64,000 bases of DNA from Ruditapes philippinarum. Lineage: Eukaryota. Positions 25,179 through 37,374 of this stretch are shown piece by piece. The DNA lies in assembly GCF_026571515.1 (NCBI RefSeq), contig NW_026857770.1:186001-250000 (forward strand), in the 5' to 3' direction. A program made the translations under genes and the position numbers. Within the stretch, counting starts at the first letter, position 1, and the number at the start of each line of letters is the position of its first letter. The notes beneath the pieces are model-generated. The model saw only the letters and a program-made list of their open reading frames with translations. It ran no database searches and was not told the DNA's origin.

Positions 25179-26434
25179 ATAACAGTTTATTTAAGACTTA
25201 AGATTCCATGAAAAAACTTTAAAATGTTTTATGTAAGTAAATGTGATAAAAATTGTTCTGTGATATCAATCAGGGTTGAGTTATATGTTTGAAAACGCTT
25301 TTTTAATTCAGCCCTACATGCTTTTTGTATTTATTATCATTATTTTGTTCTAATAAAAAGAAGGATATAAATTGGTAAAGTTAATTAATAACAACCGTAA
25401 GAAGTACGGTTCCTGGTCAGAAAATTAGAGAGTATACAATATTGCCTCAGCGAAAAATAAACTTTGGATCTATGACGCTTTATGTTAATGAGAATATTCA
25501 TTAAACAAACAGATCTTTTGACCGGGCGTCTTAAATTTAACTATTGATACACCTTGACAGACATTACTGCCTTTTGTTTTGATATTTTGATACCGTTATC
25601 TTCTTACATAAAACATAATCATAGGATGATTTCTGTAAAAATAAATTCGTTTACAGCCGACTAAAGGGAGGGTATTTGCATCCTGTTTCATTTCGCTGTA
25701 ATGGGCGATTTCTCATGGTTTCTACCTTTGAATGGAGAAGTTTAAGGCAATAAAACAAAATCTAGTATCTTTAAAGCACATTTATTGCAGTACATAAGTC
25801 ATATTACATTCGTCATACATCATCATTTTCATTCTATCATAATATACATATACACACAGACTTCTTTTAAATAGGCAGAAGAAATAGACCGCTGAAATTT
25901 CAATATATTAGTTAAGCCATTTGTAACAAAAAACAAACTACAAATATACATAAACATAATGAACAAGAAAATAATAAAAAACAAGGTTTGATAAAAATAC
26001 TACAAGTAACAAAACAAACAAACTAGTACAGGTTCAATGTTACGACTATATGTGTATTTTGTAATTATACTTAATTATTAGGATTTTAATTGTTTTCTTT
26101 CCTACTTAAGCAGATAAATATCACCTATTAGGTTTATCAAACTACAAATATAATGGTTTGACCTTGCAAATAGATTTCAAAACGTACATGAGCATTTATT
26201 CGAGAGCAACTGAAAAGCAAATTAATTAAGGATGAGTTAACAATTTATTTAAGAAAACTACTACAGTATGTGAAAGCTTACATATCTTTTTTTTTCATCA
26301 AAAATGAAGAAAATAATAAAATGACAAGGCTAAGTTTAGAAGAAATTATTACACAGGTTATGTAAATACTTTGTTATAATATTACTGCTTTTCTCCTGAT
26401 GGAACATCTGAAGTAACTTTACAACCATTTTATT

Positions 26435-29400
26435 TTAATATGACATTACTTTAAGTTCAATATCAGATTTTCCAATGAGATCATCTCTTAAAGTAAGATT
26501 TCCAGATATGCCTAAAAGTCCAGATGATACACGGTTTGAATGTGTGAAATAATGTATGTCATTGTTTTGCTCTGCTTGGGGATGATATAGTCTGCTTTTC
26601 AGAGCATCAGCTATCCATTTCTTTGCAAAACTTAATTTCTTTGATAGCTGTTTTCTCTTCATGCATACAGCAATAGTAAATAATATGATTGCAATAATAA
26701 ATAGCCATTTGACAATAAAGCCTGCAGATCCAGAATGTTTTTGTGATGATTCATTATTGGGAACGTCACCAGTAGTAACATCATTGCCCAGCAGAGATTG
26801 GTGAAAAACTGCAAGAAAGAAAAAAGAAAACAAAAATTGTCAAAATTCTTTCAAGGAAGATATCTTTTTAATCTCCTGCAAACGTTTGAATGTTTTATTT
26901 GGTTTTTCAACGCACCAACACAATATTAAGGTCATATTGCGTCGGAACAGGAAAAATCATAATGGCGAACACCTAATGTTAAAAACTTAAAGCAACACCA
27001 GGGTAATCTTAAAGCAAACCACCTCCCCTGCTGGATCTAAGTGATGCATTGACTCTGGCCATAACACCTTGTTAATGTGTTCAAACATTATTGTAGCTAT
27101 TTGGGTGTCACATGCCGCTTTTAACGTAATGGTACATAGGTGTGACATTTTAAGTTACAATAACATCGTCGTATGAATTTGACAATGGCTTCATTTTTCA
27201 AAACTCTATATTACATTCCTTTTTTATCTTTTAAATGAGAAGTCTTGCTTAAGTCGGTGCTAGGAACGAGGAAAGTAGATTGCATTTAACACTGCCATCC
27301 ATGAACAAGCTAAATCAAACCGATCTTACAATAATTTCATTTTTGCGGTTTTGATTTTACGGTTTTGATTTTACGGCTTCCAATATAACTACTTGATTGA
27401 AAATGAGCTGAAATTTATATTTGATTATCTTTTAAATGAATAAATGAGTGTGTTTTTTTCTATTTATCAATTCATTTAACGATAACTGTATTTTATATGC
27501 ACGACATTCAACCTTTACTGTTTCAGTTAGATTTACAATAAATCTGTGAAATTGGTTGGTGCGGATACTTAAAGTAAATAAGAAAAGATAAGTAAAATAA
27601 ACTCACATGGGCATGCATTGACGCAATACTCTGTTTGTCTCTTGTAGGTACTTGTACATATGTACGTGCATGCATTACATCTGTTCCTATCACTTGACCA
27701 GTACATGTCAGTATCACAGACAAATAGGGAATCTAATTATGAAACCATGTAAAGTATTAGATATTAGGTTTCCAATATATTTATCTGTTATCTTTGACAG
27801 AAAAGTTTTTAAAAATGCAAATAAAAAAACAAAAAAACCACACAAGTGAAAAATGTCACCAAAACCTTTAACCTTACAATATGCAGGAGCATTATTTGAA
27901 TAACATTGAATTAAAGATTTTAAAAAACGAAAAAATGTTAAGAAAATGTCATCAAAACTTAAACCTTTGTATTATTTACATGAGCTTTATTTGAAAATCA
28001 ATGATATAGGTTATATTGACTGCTCTTGTTCAACAAAGAGAATCATTTAATCTTAATAATTTTTACTTTCATTATGAATCCAATATAATAGTCACCTTGA
28101 CAAGACCTGGCCAGTATAACATTCTTTGTTTTCTCTATTTCGTCTTCGCTTCTACTATCCCATACAACAAAATGTTGTGCATTGCTTGCAAGTTTTACCC
28201 ATGATTCTGCTATACTTGTATTTACTTCTGCAAAGATCACAAACGTTTTCATTTTCCTGAGCTCTTCAAAACCATTTTCTTTATCGTGTATTGCAGTTTT
28301 GCTATCGACTAGCAGATACACAATTTGTGCGTCAATTGAATTACTTCTATGGTAGTTTGAGATTGTCATTCGTATTTTGTCTGTATAAGAGGATGCATGA
28401 TTTGAAGTGTTTCCAGACACATGTACAATTTTGTCTCTCCAATTAGTATTGCCGTTTCGTTTCCTAAAAGGCAGTGTTATATCATCTTTAGCGCCAATTG
28501 TTACAATAGATACACATGTGTTTTCAGGGAATTCACTTATTAACATTATCAACAATCTCATCTGTTGAAAAAATGAAGTATCTTCTCCACTACCCATGAA
28601 CCACATGATATGAGCGCTATACGGGTTACATATTAACTCCTCATCGTCCTCCTCAGTACCTGACAGACAAAAACGTTAATGTTTATTGTTTAGAATAAAT
28701 TTTATATATAATTTAGCTTTTGGAATCCAATTCGATAATGAGTTGTACGAAATTTGTGTTAAAAGATGTGTCATGAGCAATAACTCTTCCATGCTTTTAA
28801 AAATATGTAGGACGTGACTTTCGAAAATCTTTGATATCTTAACCAAGGTTCACATAGTTCATTTCTGTTAGTTTTCATATTGAATTCTTCCCTTTCAATT
28901 TCTGAGATCTGTTTTTAGATAAATGAAAAACCAAGTGTGCTATATATAGGTTTAATAGCGCATTCTTTAATATAAAAACAGTGGGTATTGATTCTTTTTG
29001 TATGTTTGACATAGCGCCGAGGAATTCGGCTATCGTATTTAACTATTGTCAAGGCGTGTTTTATTTCATTTTATACGTGTAAATGAAATATTGAGAAATA
29101 CAGATGAAACTAAATGCGTTTTTTATTTTCAACATTTTCTCGAGATTTATTTTTCACTGCAGTGAAACATATTTTCCGTCTTTTCACTCGTGTCTTGCCG
29201 AACAACTTTCTTCTAAATTCAGTCAATGCACAAAATTTAGAGAGGGGGGGGGGGGTTCTTTCGAATTGTAAAGTAAAAAAAGAGAATAATGTATATTATA
29301 AACAGAAAATTCAAGTTTTTTTTCTAAAAATACAGGATTTATCTTCATTTTGTGGTACGAAAATTAGAATATTTCACTCGTGGCTACCACCACTCATGAT

Positions 29401-29587
29401 TTTTTTTCATTTTTCATACAACTCAATGAAACTAAATCCTGTTTTTTATAGATCAAACTTGAATATCCTCTTTGTATTATTTGTCTTTTAAATCGACAAG
29501 TGGAATAAATATACCTGAACTTGTATTCACATGTCCTAATGTAATTAAAGTCACAACTGCTGTATGAACAAACACAGTGAATTTCAT
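26435..29587 (-). CDS. Type I receptor copy A: signal peptide + vWA-like + TACI/Grindelwald-type TNFR CRD + TM + cytoplasmic tail (378 aa)
   Basis: Exons 29515-29587 (MKFTVFVHTAVVTLITLGHVNTSS), 28096-28659 (564 nt, CNPYSAHIMWFMGSGED...ILARSCQ), 27607-27732 (CDTDMYWSSDRNRCNACTYICTSTYKRQTEYCVNACP) and 26435-26808 (TM WLFIIAIILFTIAVC then KRK). All introns are GT-AG, phase 1, and the frame is open. Confidence 0.85.
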
Positions 29588-30966
29588 TTTATCTAATAAC
29601 TTATATATCTATATCGAAATAATATTTATCCGTACTGGCATACGAGTAGTTCCCATACAAAATCGATATTGAAAATTATTTATTACGTAACAATATTGAT
29701 TTCATTTAACGTGTATGCAAAACACCTGAATGAAAGAATGGTATATAATGGCGTGCCTTCATTTTTTTTATTTGACCTTGAAAAGGGTATGATACAACAT
29801 TGAAACATGTTTATCTTAAAGATCATAAGGGACAATGATTAAATGGTAAACTTCCTCCCTTATTTCAGGCATTTTTGCCGACTTTGAAGATTTGTTTCAA
29901 CCTTTTCAAGAAATTGTGCCTAAGTGAAATTTACTTTCTGTTACAAAAAAAAATAATCATTGACTATTTTAGAGCTAAAGGTTTATAAAAAAAATTGCTA
30001 GTGTCTTGGTCGGATCGGAAATCAATTTCCTCCATTTGATCAAAATTATACAGAAGTCTTTTCTGAACAAAATTAGATTATGGTTCTATAGTTTACGGTT
30101 TTGTAGAAGGCACCAATCCAAAAACGGGAGCTGATACAAAGGGTGGTGAAAAGAGGAAAGAGACATGAAATAAGGAAAATGATAAGAGCTAAAAGGAATT
30201 AAATGGACAAGGTTTTGGTATAAGGAAAAGACGGGGACGCGCAATAGGACATAAGGGGAAATAAAAAGAAAATACTATCTGCTAACGGCAATTTAACAAG
30301 ATGACATAAAATAAACGTTAAGACATACAAAACATGTAACAATAAACAAGACATGCATGTGAAACAAGAGGAGGAACACAGGGGTAACAGGAACTGTCAG
30401 TGATAATAACACTAGTTGGAAGATTTAACCGGTTTAATGCGCACCAAACATCACTCTTTGTCATTATAGGCCTTTGTTTGAAAAGTAGCTAAAACAGATA
30501 CAAAATAAACACAGAATATATTCTTTAAATGGTGAAGAACATATTCCTCCACGGACTTACAATTATCCAAAAGTTAATACTAATTTTAAAGTTTGAACTT
30601 TGAAAAGATTACCATTTTTTCCAAATTGTTTTAAAGAAAATTATTCTAAAAACTAAAAAAGAACATAGAGATTTAATACACATTTCCCTTGACGGCAATT
30701 CAAAGGTTGGGTTCAGCTGTCTTATATCTTTCTGTCTCTTCGGGGTCGTTGATTTCAGCACTTAAGTGTTGAAGTTTTAAGTATTGCTCAAGTCGGTGCT
30801 ATCATTTAACTAGGTCTACAACAAGTTCGTTTCAGATTATTTTGCCTCTTTTAGAGCGTATAACGAGACCTAAAGATTTCAATCTAAACAAATAAAATGA
30901 CTTATGCAAATCCTACTTTAGTCATATAACGTATGTCGAGAGAGTAAACAAAGATCAGTGTTAAAC

Positions 30967-31044
30967 AATAGATAAATACAGAATCCCTAAAGAAAGCCCA
31001 ACACGGCAAAATTGAAAATGTTGCAGGCTCGGTTTGATTGAGCC
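30967..31044 (+). mobile_element. 78-bp hairpin-ended mini element identical to 62101-62178
   Basis: Exact repeat ending in the stem-loop ggctcggtttgattgagcc. A diverged third copy lies at about 63859-63924. Absent at the paralogous site near 43205. Confidence 0.7.
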
Positions 31045-31854
31045 AAAACATCAAATTATCAAATTTAGATTACAAATGGTGAACAGTTGCGCTATGTAAT
31101 TTCAAGTAACAAATATCGGCCTTTAGGCATATAAAAAGTTAAAAAACTATTACAGTTTTGGCTATTTATCTCTTTGCAATCCTTACCTGGCTAGCCTACG
31201 AATATGGGTCTTGCACCTGACATATGATGAGATCCTGTAGTAATTTCGATTTTTTTACCGGCATTTGATCTTGAAAATCGCTGTGTGAAAGACCTGGACC
31301 TTATACTTATCGGCTTATGCGGATGAACATTTAAGAACGTTAAATTTTTTCACTTGCAAACTATTTACAAGACCTGCACTATTTGATAATTCTTTTCCTC
31401 GTCCGCTTATCTTATTTTATGCAAAATTAACCACATAATAGAAGTTTAAAGAAATAAAACTTATAACATCAAGTTGCATACAAAACATTACGTCTCTGAT
31501 GTCTACTGAACAGACAGATATACAATGCGATTTACAATATTTCTTAAATCTGTAATAAACTTCCCGATTTCTTTAATATAATAAAACTATGTGTACTGTC
31601 ATCTTTGTGTGTGAATGGAAAACCAAAGTGTGCTATATATAGAGATTTTGGGATTCCAGTCTAGGGTGCATTTATACATATACTATCTCTTATAAAAAAG
31701 CTGAAATTATTAGTTACCTGACTTGGTTTCTAAAGAGGTTTGATAAAACGAGCATCAAGCTTATAGTTGCAATCAATGCTTTAAAGGGCGCCAAGATATT
31801 CGAATTTTTGTATTTATACTCTGTGTTTTCTTGCTTCATTTTTCAATAAAATAC

Positions 31855-31916
31855 CTGAACTTGTATTCACATGTCCAAATGTAATTAAGATCACAACTGT
31901 TGTATTAATCAAACAG
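31855..31916 (-). pseudogene. Orphan, ATG-less copy of the receptor signal-peptide exon
   Basis: Encodes LINTTVVILITFGHVNTSS followed by a CAG|GTAT donor, homologous to 29515-29587. Flanked by relics of intron 1 (e.g. aagtgtgctatatatag near 31625). Confidence 0.7.
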
Positions 31917-32365
31917 CTGATTGATATATATATTTATATATATGTTATTTTATAACTTATATAGAAAATTAGAAAATATATATGCCCGTCGCAAGGAATA
32001 ACCTAGGTAAATATAGGAAATTCTTATTTTCTGTTTTATATACCCGCTTGTTAAAGTATCTATAATTAATTAGTATGTAAAGGTTTTTATAACTGTGTAT
32101 TTGTACACAGAAGAGTGGCATTACATATTGTTGATAAATGACACTGACTTTGGCAGAACATATGAAGAAGCTGATAACGAAAATTATTGACAATAATAGA
32201 TTGTTTCTTAAAGTAAGAATTTACAGTAAGTTTATTATAAAACGTTTAAAGTGTTCCTTACAGGATAATTCAATATAGTTGTGGTGATTTTTCTAACACT
32301 TTTTAGTAAATTTCTGAACCCAAAAAGGTTTATTTTTCCCAATTGTCTTATTAGTAAAACCTAGG

Positions 32366-34850
32366 AAGAATCAAATTTGAGGAATTATGTTGGCAAGCAT
32401 AACACTATCAAAGCACGTTCAATGAAAAATTATAATAAGGATGATTTCCAGCAATCTTTACTTGCAGTTGACTGGTCTCCTGTATTATTATGTGACTGTG
32501 TATCTGAAGCTTGGAATCTTTTTATTAAATAAATCTATTTTTCTAAATGTTGTTGATAACATTGCTCCTGTTAGGGAAATGCGTATTAAACAACGTATTG
32601 AAACATGGATTAGTCCAGAAATTTTACAATGTTTAAATGATAGAGATAAAGCTTTTCATTTGTATAGAAAGAATAAAACTGATGAAAATTTTGAGAATTT
32701 CAAAACATATAGAAATAGAGCTAATGAACTTATTTTTATGGCGAAAAAGAACCATTTTAATAATTCATGTGACAATCATAAAAATGATTCAAATACCTTA
32801 TGGAAATCCCTGAAGGAGCTTGGTCTACCTTCTAAAAAGGACAATACATCTTGTAAGATTAATATTGGATTAAAAATAGGTGATGAAATTTGTTTTGATA
32901 AACAAAAGGTTGCTAAAGAATTTAACAATTTCTACTGTAATGTTGCATCTTCTTTTTATTTATCAAAAAGAATTATATTTAATAATTTTTTCTTTTTCAT
33001 TGATGTCTGAAAAAAGTGTAATTAAGTATTTGAATAAACTAGGTTCAAACAAATCCACTGGTCTGGTGGTATTCCTTCTTGTTTTGTTAGAGTTAGCGCA
33101 TCTATTATAGCCTTTCCTTAAACCGTATTATAAATTTGTCATTGATACAAGGCACAGTACCTGATAATTTGAAGGCAGCAATAGTTGTTCCTCTTCAAAA
33201 AGAATGACAAAACTGAAGTTGGCAACTACAGGCTGTATCCATATTAAGCATTGTTTCAATTTTTTTAAAAGGGTTGCTTATGATCAGATTTCTTCCTATC
33301 TTAAAGAAATGGACATATTATATAAATTTCAATCATGATTTAGAGGTGTTTTTCCACAGACACTTGTCTTACACATCTATCTGATTACATTAAGTTGCAT
33401 ATGGATAAAGGTAATCTTGTATGGATATTCAAAAAGCATTTGACACAGTGGACCACTCAATCCTTTTAATGAAATTAGAAGTCATTTGTCTTAGTACTGA
33501 TGTTTTACAATGGTTTAGGTCATTTCGGTCTGATAGGCAACTTGTTGATGTATCTGGTACTTTTTCCTCACATGAAAGGGTTACCTGTGGTGTTCCCCAA
33601 GGGTCTATCTTGGGACCATTATTGTTTTTAATTTATGTAAATGATATGCAGGCTGTTGTTAAAAATAAACTTCTTCTTTATGCTGATGATTCTGCTATTC
33701 TTGTTACAGGTAAAAATAGGTCATCTATTGAAAAAGAACTGACAGATGAACTAAATTCTGTCAGTCAATGGTTAATTGACAATAAACTTTCCCTTCACTT
33801 AGGCAAAACAGAGACAATCTTATTTGGCTCTAAACATAGGTTAAAAACAGGTTCATCTCTTCATGTCAGTTGTAAAGGGACTGATATACAGTCAACTTCT
33901 AATGTCAAATATCTAGGTGCAACACTTGATCAGTCTCTCTCCGGTGAAGCAATGGCAAGTTCTATTATTAAAAAGGCCAATGCAAGGTTAAAGTTTCTGT
34001 ATAGAAAACGTGATTATCTCACTTTTCACACTAAAAAACTTCTGGTTATGGCCCTCATCCAATGTCATTTTGATTATGCATGTTGTTTCTGGTTTCCTGG
34101 GGTTACTAAATACTGGAAAGATAAACTCCAAGTCACAAAAAATAAATTGATAAGATTTGTTCTAAATCTTGGTTATATGTCACATATTGATAATGAACAC
34201 TTTAAAATTTTAAATTGGCTACCTGTCCAGAAAAGAGTTGATCAAATCATTCTATGTAATGTTTTTAAAATAAAACATGGACTTGCCCCTGAATATATGG
34301 GAGAAAACTTTATTCCATTAGATTCTGTTCATACATACAGGACCAGGTCAAGTGAAAGCGGTTGTTATATGCTACCTAAGGTCAAAGGTTTCGGATCAAA
34401 GTCTTTTGCTTATAATGGATGTGTATTGTGGAATAAACTACCCTCTTCTATTAGGATGGAATCAAAATTATACAATTTTAAATTATCTGTTAAAAAACAT
34501 TTACTTAATGGGTAATTATCTCTTTTAAGGGTGTCTATCCTCTAGTCTTAATATTTATTATTTTTATTAATTTATTTTAATTTGAAAATTTTATGTATAC
34601 TTTTGTCTTTCTTTAATTTAAAACTTTGATAAGTCATTTTCATGCCTCTCTTTGTCAAAACCATCAGTATCTAAGGACCACAATGGAAATAAGAGATTTA
34701 GTTCTCTTTTTTGTGTTATCCTTGGTATGATGTTTTTGATATGGTGCATTTCTTTACATTGATATTTGTTTTTTATTGTTTTATCATGTATTGGATATGT
34801 TTTTACCATGTTATTTACTGAATACTGAAATAAATCTATCTATCTATCTA
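32366..34850 (+). mobile_element. 5'-truncated, frameshifted non-LTR retrotransposon (CR1/L2-like)
   Basis: RT ORF 33421-34515 with KAFDTVDH, GVPQGSILGPLLF and LYADDS. Upstream broken ORF pieces at 32441-33110. 3' UTR ends in aataaa plus a (tcta)n tail. Confidence 0.9.
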
Positions 34851-35996
34851 AGATGAATTCATATTTCTAGACTACTCGTATTGTGTACAAACAATTTAAA
34901 TCGCCTTAAATAGAAAGAAAGTATGTTATGTGATGTCTTTTAGACTTGATTTGATAAAAAAATGCATTTTTAATCCTTTAAATGTATACACATGTCTATG
35001 TAATATACCTTAATATATCAGTCTAATTTAAGAATTGTCATATCTTTAATGAGGTGTTCCCAAATTTGTTTATAAATTAAAAAATGGGTTTGTGGGGTTT
35101 CAGTTTTAAAAAATCATCCCGAGGAAAAATTTGTTTTTCCCCAGGGGGTGCTTTATTACCCCGAAAAAATTTGGGGGAAAATCTAATTTGGGAAAATAAA
35201 TTTTAACTGTATAAAAATAAAAAGAGGGAAACCAATTAAAAAACTGTCGTACCTTTCCAAACTGTAGGCTAAATGGGACTTTTAGAACTTTTTTTTTTTT
35301 ATTTAAAAGTTTTTGATATCTTCCAGTAATTTAAACTAAATTAAACTGGGGTTTTTTTTTAAGGGAAAAAAAACAAATAAACCCATTCATTAAAAATTTT
35401 GGGTTCTTTAAATCTTTCCTTTGTATCCCAGAAAAATTTTTTCGATTGGTTTTTGACCCAAAAGCTTCTTTTTCAAATTTAAAAGACTTTTTCCCCAAAA
35501 AGGGCGTCTAGCAAACTCTGTCTGCAACGTTTCACTGATTAAATATGTTAAAAAATCCTTTGTTGTATGCTTTTATCGTCTGTATGTTCCAGTTTGACAC
35601 AAAATTATTCACATTACAATAACTTGAAAACGGATGTTTACTTTTTGACTATTCAAGAAAAAGATATTTTATACGCGAAAAGAACTCTAGGGTGCAAAGA
35701 ACTTAATTTTATGAGAGTTACTTTGGTGATGCCCTTGGCCCTAGGTGTTGCAACTTTAGTACCCTCTCTTGTCTGAAGCAATGCACAAAGGGACCTGAGG
35801 TCTTCTTCCACCATTATAATTTATCTAAATCAAGTCTTCATATAATATTTGCAGTTTTTGAAAAAAAGTGTATTCATTATTAAACACAAACGATGTACAT
35901 ACCAAACTGTAATGATGTGCATGTAAATTAAAAACATTCAGTAAGGATTTTATGGATTTCAAAAGATTTTTGAGATAACAATATTTTTCTCCAATG

Positions 35997-36149
35997 TTGA
36001 TGTCACAACAAAGGCAACAGCAACAACAATTTACAGGGGGATGTATCCGCCCCCGCCGCCGTCTTATTCCGACACGGATCCGGCATACCCACCAACTGCT
36101 TCATTTCCTGACCCAAGTGCACCCTCACCCCCATACTCCAAGGCCGTAT
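35997..36149 (+). pseudogene. Truncated, frameshifted duplicate of the 3' end of the 4-TM gene last exon
   Basis: Near-identical to about 25024-25178 (SQQRQQQQQFTGG...). Lacks the upstream part of the exon and has a 1-nt deletion (gggggcatg to gggggatg). Confidence 0.8.
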
Positions 36150-37374
36150 AAATTACTGTTTATTCAGGACTTGATACCATAAAAAAAACTTTAAAATGCT
36201 TTATCGTGTTATGTAAGTAAATGTGATAAAAATTGTTCTGTGATATCAATCAGGGTTGAGTTATGTGTTTGAAAACGCTTTTTTTTTAAATTCAGCCCTA
36301 CATGTTTTTGTATTTATTATCATTATTTTGTTCTAAAAAAAGGAGAGTATTGTGCAAATTAATAAACTTTGGATTTGTGACGCTTTTTTTAAAAATATTC
36401 TTGGGAAAAAAAAAATTTTTTTTTGATTTGGGGGGCCCTTTAAAAATTAAAATTTTAAAAAACAAACCTTTATCCGATTTTTACGGCCTGTTTTTTTTTG
36501 ATTTTTGGAAAACCGGGGGGTTAAACTTCTTAATAAAACATTTAAACATAGGATTATTTTGGAAAAATAATTCTTTCACCAAGGAAATATAGGGGGGGAT
36601 TTCCTCCGTTTTTCTTTGCTTTTTTGGAGGTTTTTCATGGTTTTTTACTTTGAATGGAAAATTTTAGGGGGAATTTAAAAAAAATTAAAAAATCTTTTAA
36701 AAGCCCATTTTTGGAAGGTAATTAGTCATTTTTTAATTTTTCCAAAAACATCATTTTTTTATTTTTTACAAACATTTATACATGTAATTAAAAACTTTTT
36801 TTTTAAATAGGCGAAGAAATAGACCGACTGAAATTTTTAATTATTTTAAGCCCTTTTTTAAAAGAAAAACAGAAATATACATAAATATAATGAATAATAA
36901 AATAATAATTATAGAAAAAAACTTGATCAAAATACAAGAAGTGACAAAAATAACACACTGGTACAGGCTTAATATGACCACTCTATGTGTCTGTATTTTG
37001 TAATTATATTCAATTATAAGGATTTTAATTGCTTTCTTTACTACTTAAGCAGATAAATATCACCAAGTAGGTTTATCAAACTACAAATTTAATGGTTTGA
37101 CCTTGCAAATAGAATTCAAAATGTACATGAAATAAGCATTTATTCGAGAGCAACTGAAAAGAAGGATAAGTTTACAAATTCTTTAAGAAAACTACTACGG
37201 TTTGCATGAAATCTACATATAAAATCATTCTTTTTCATCAAAAATGAAGAAAATAATAAAATTACTAAGCTTAATTTAGGACAAAATATTACACAGGTTA
37301 TGTAAATACTTTGTTATGATATTCCAGCTTTTCTCTTGATGGAACATCTGATGTAACGTTACAACCATTTTATT

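Larger units (their letters stand above)
23830..32300. repeat. Tandem segmental duplication, unit 1
   Basis: Collinear matches to unit 2: 23838~34851, 24214~35795, 25024~35997, receptor A~receptor B, 31190~43345, 32186~48314. Confidence 0.8.
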
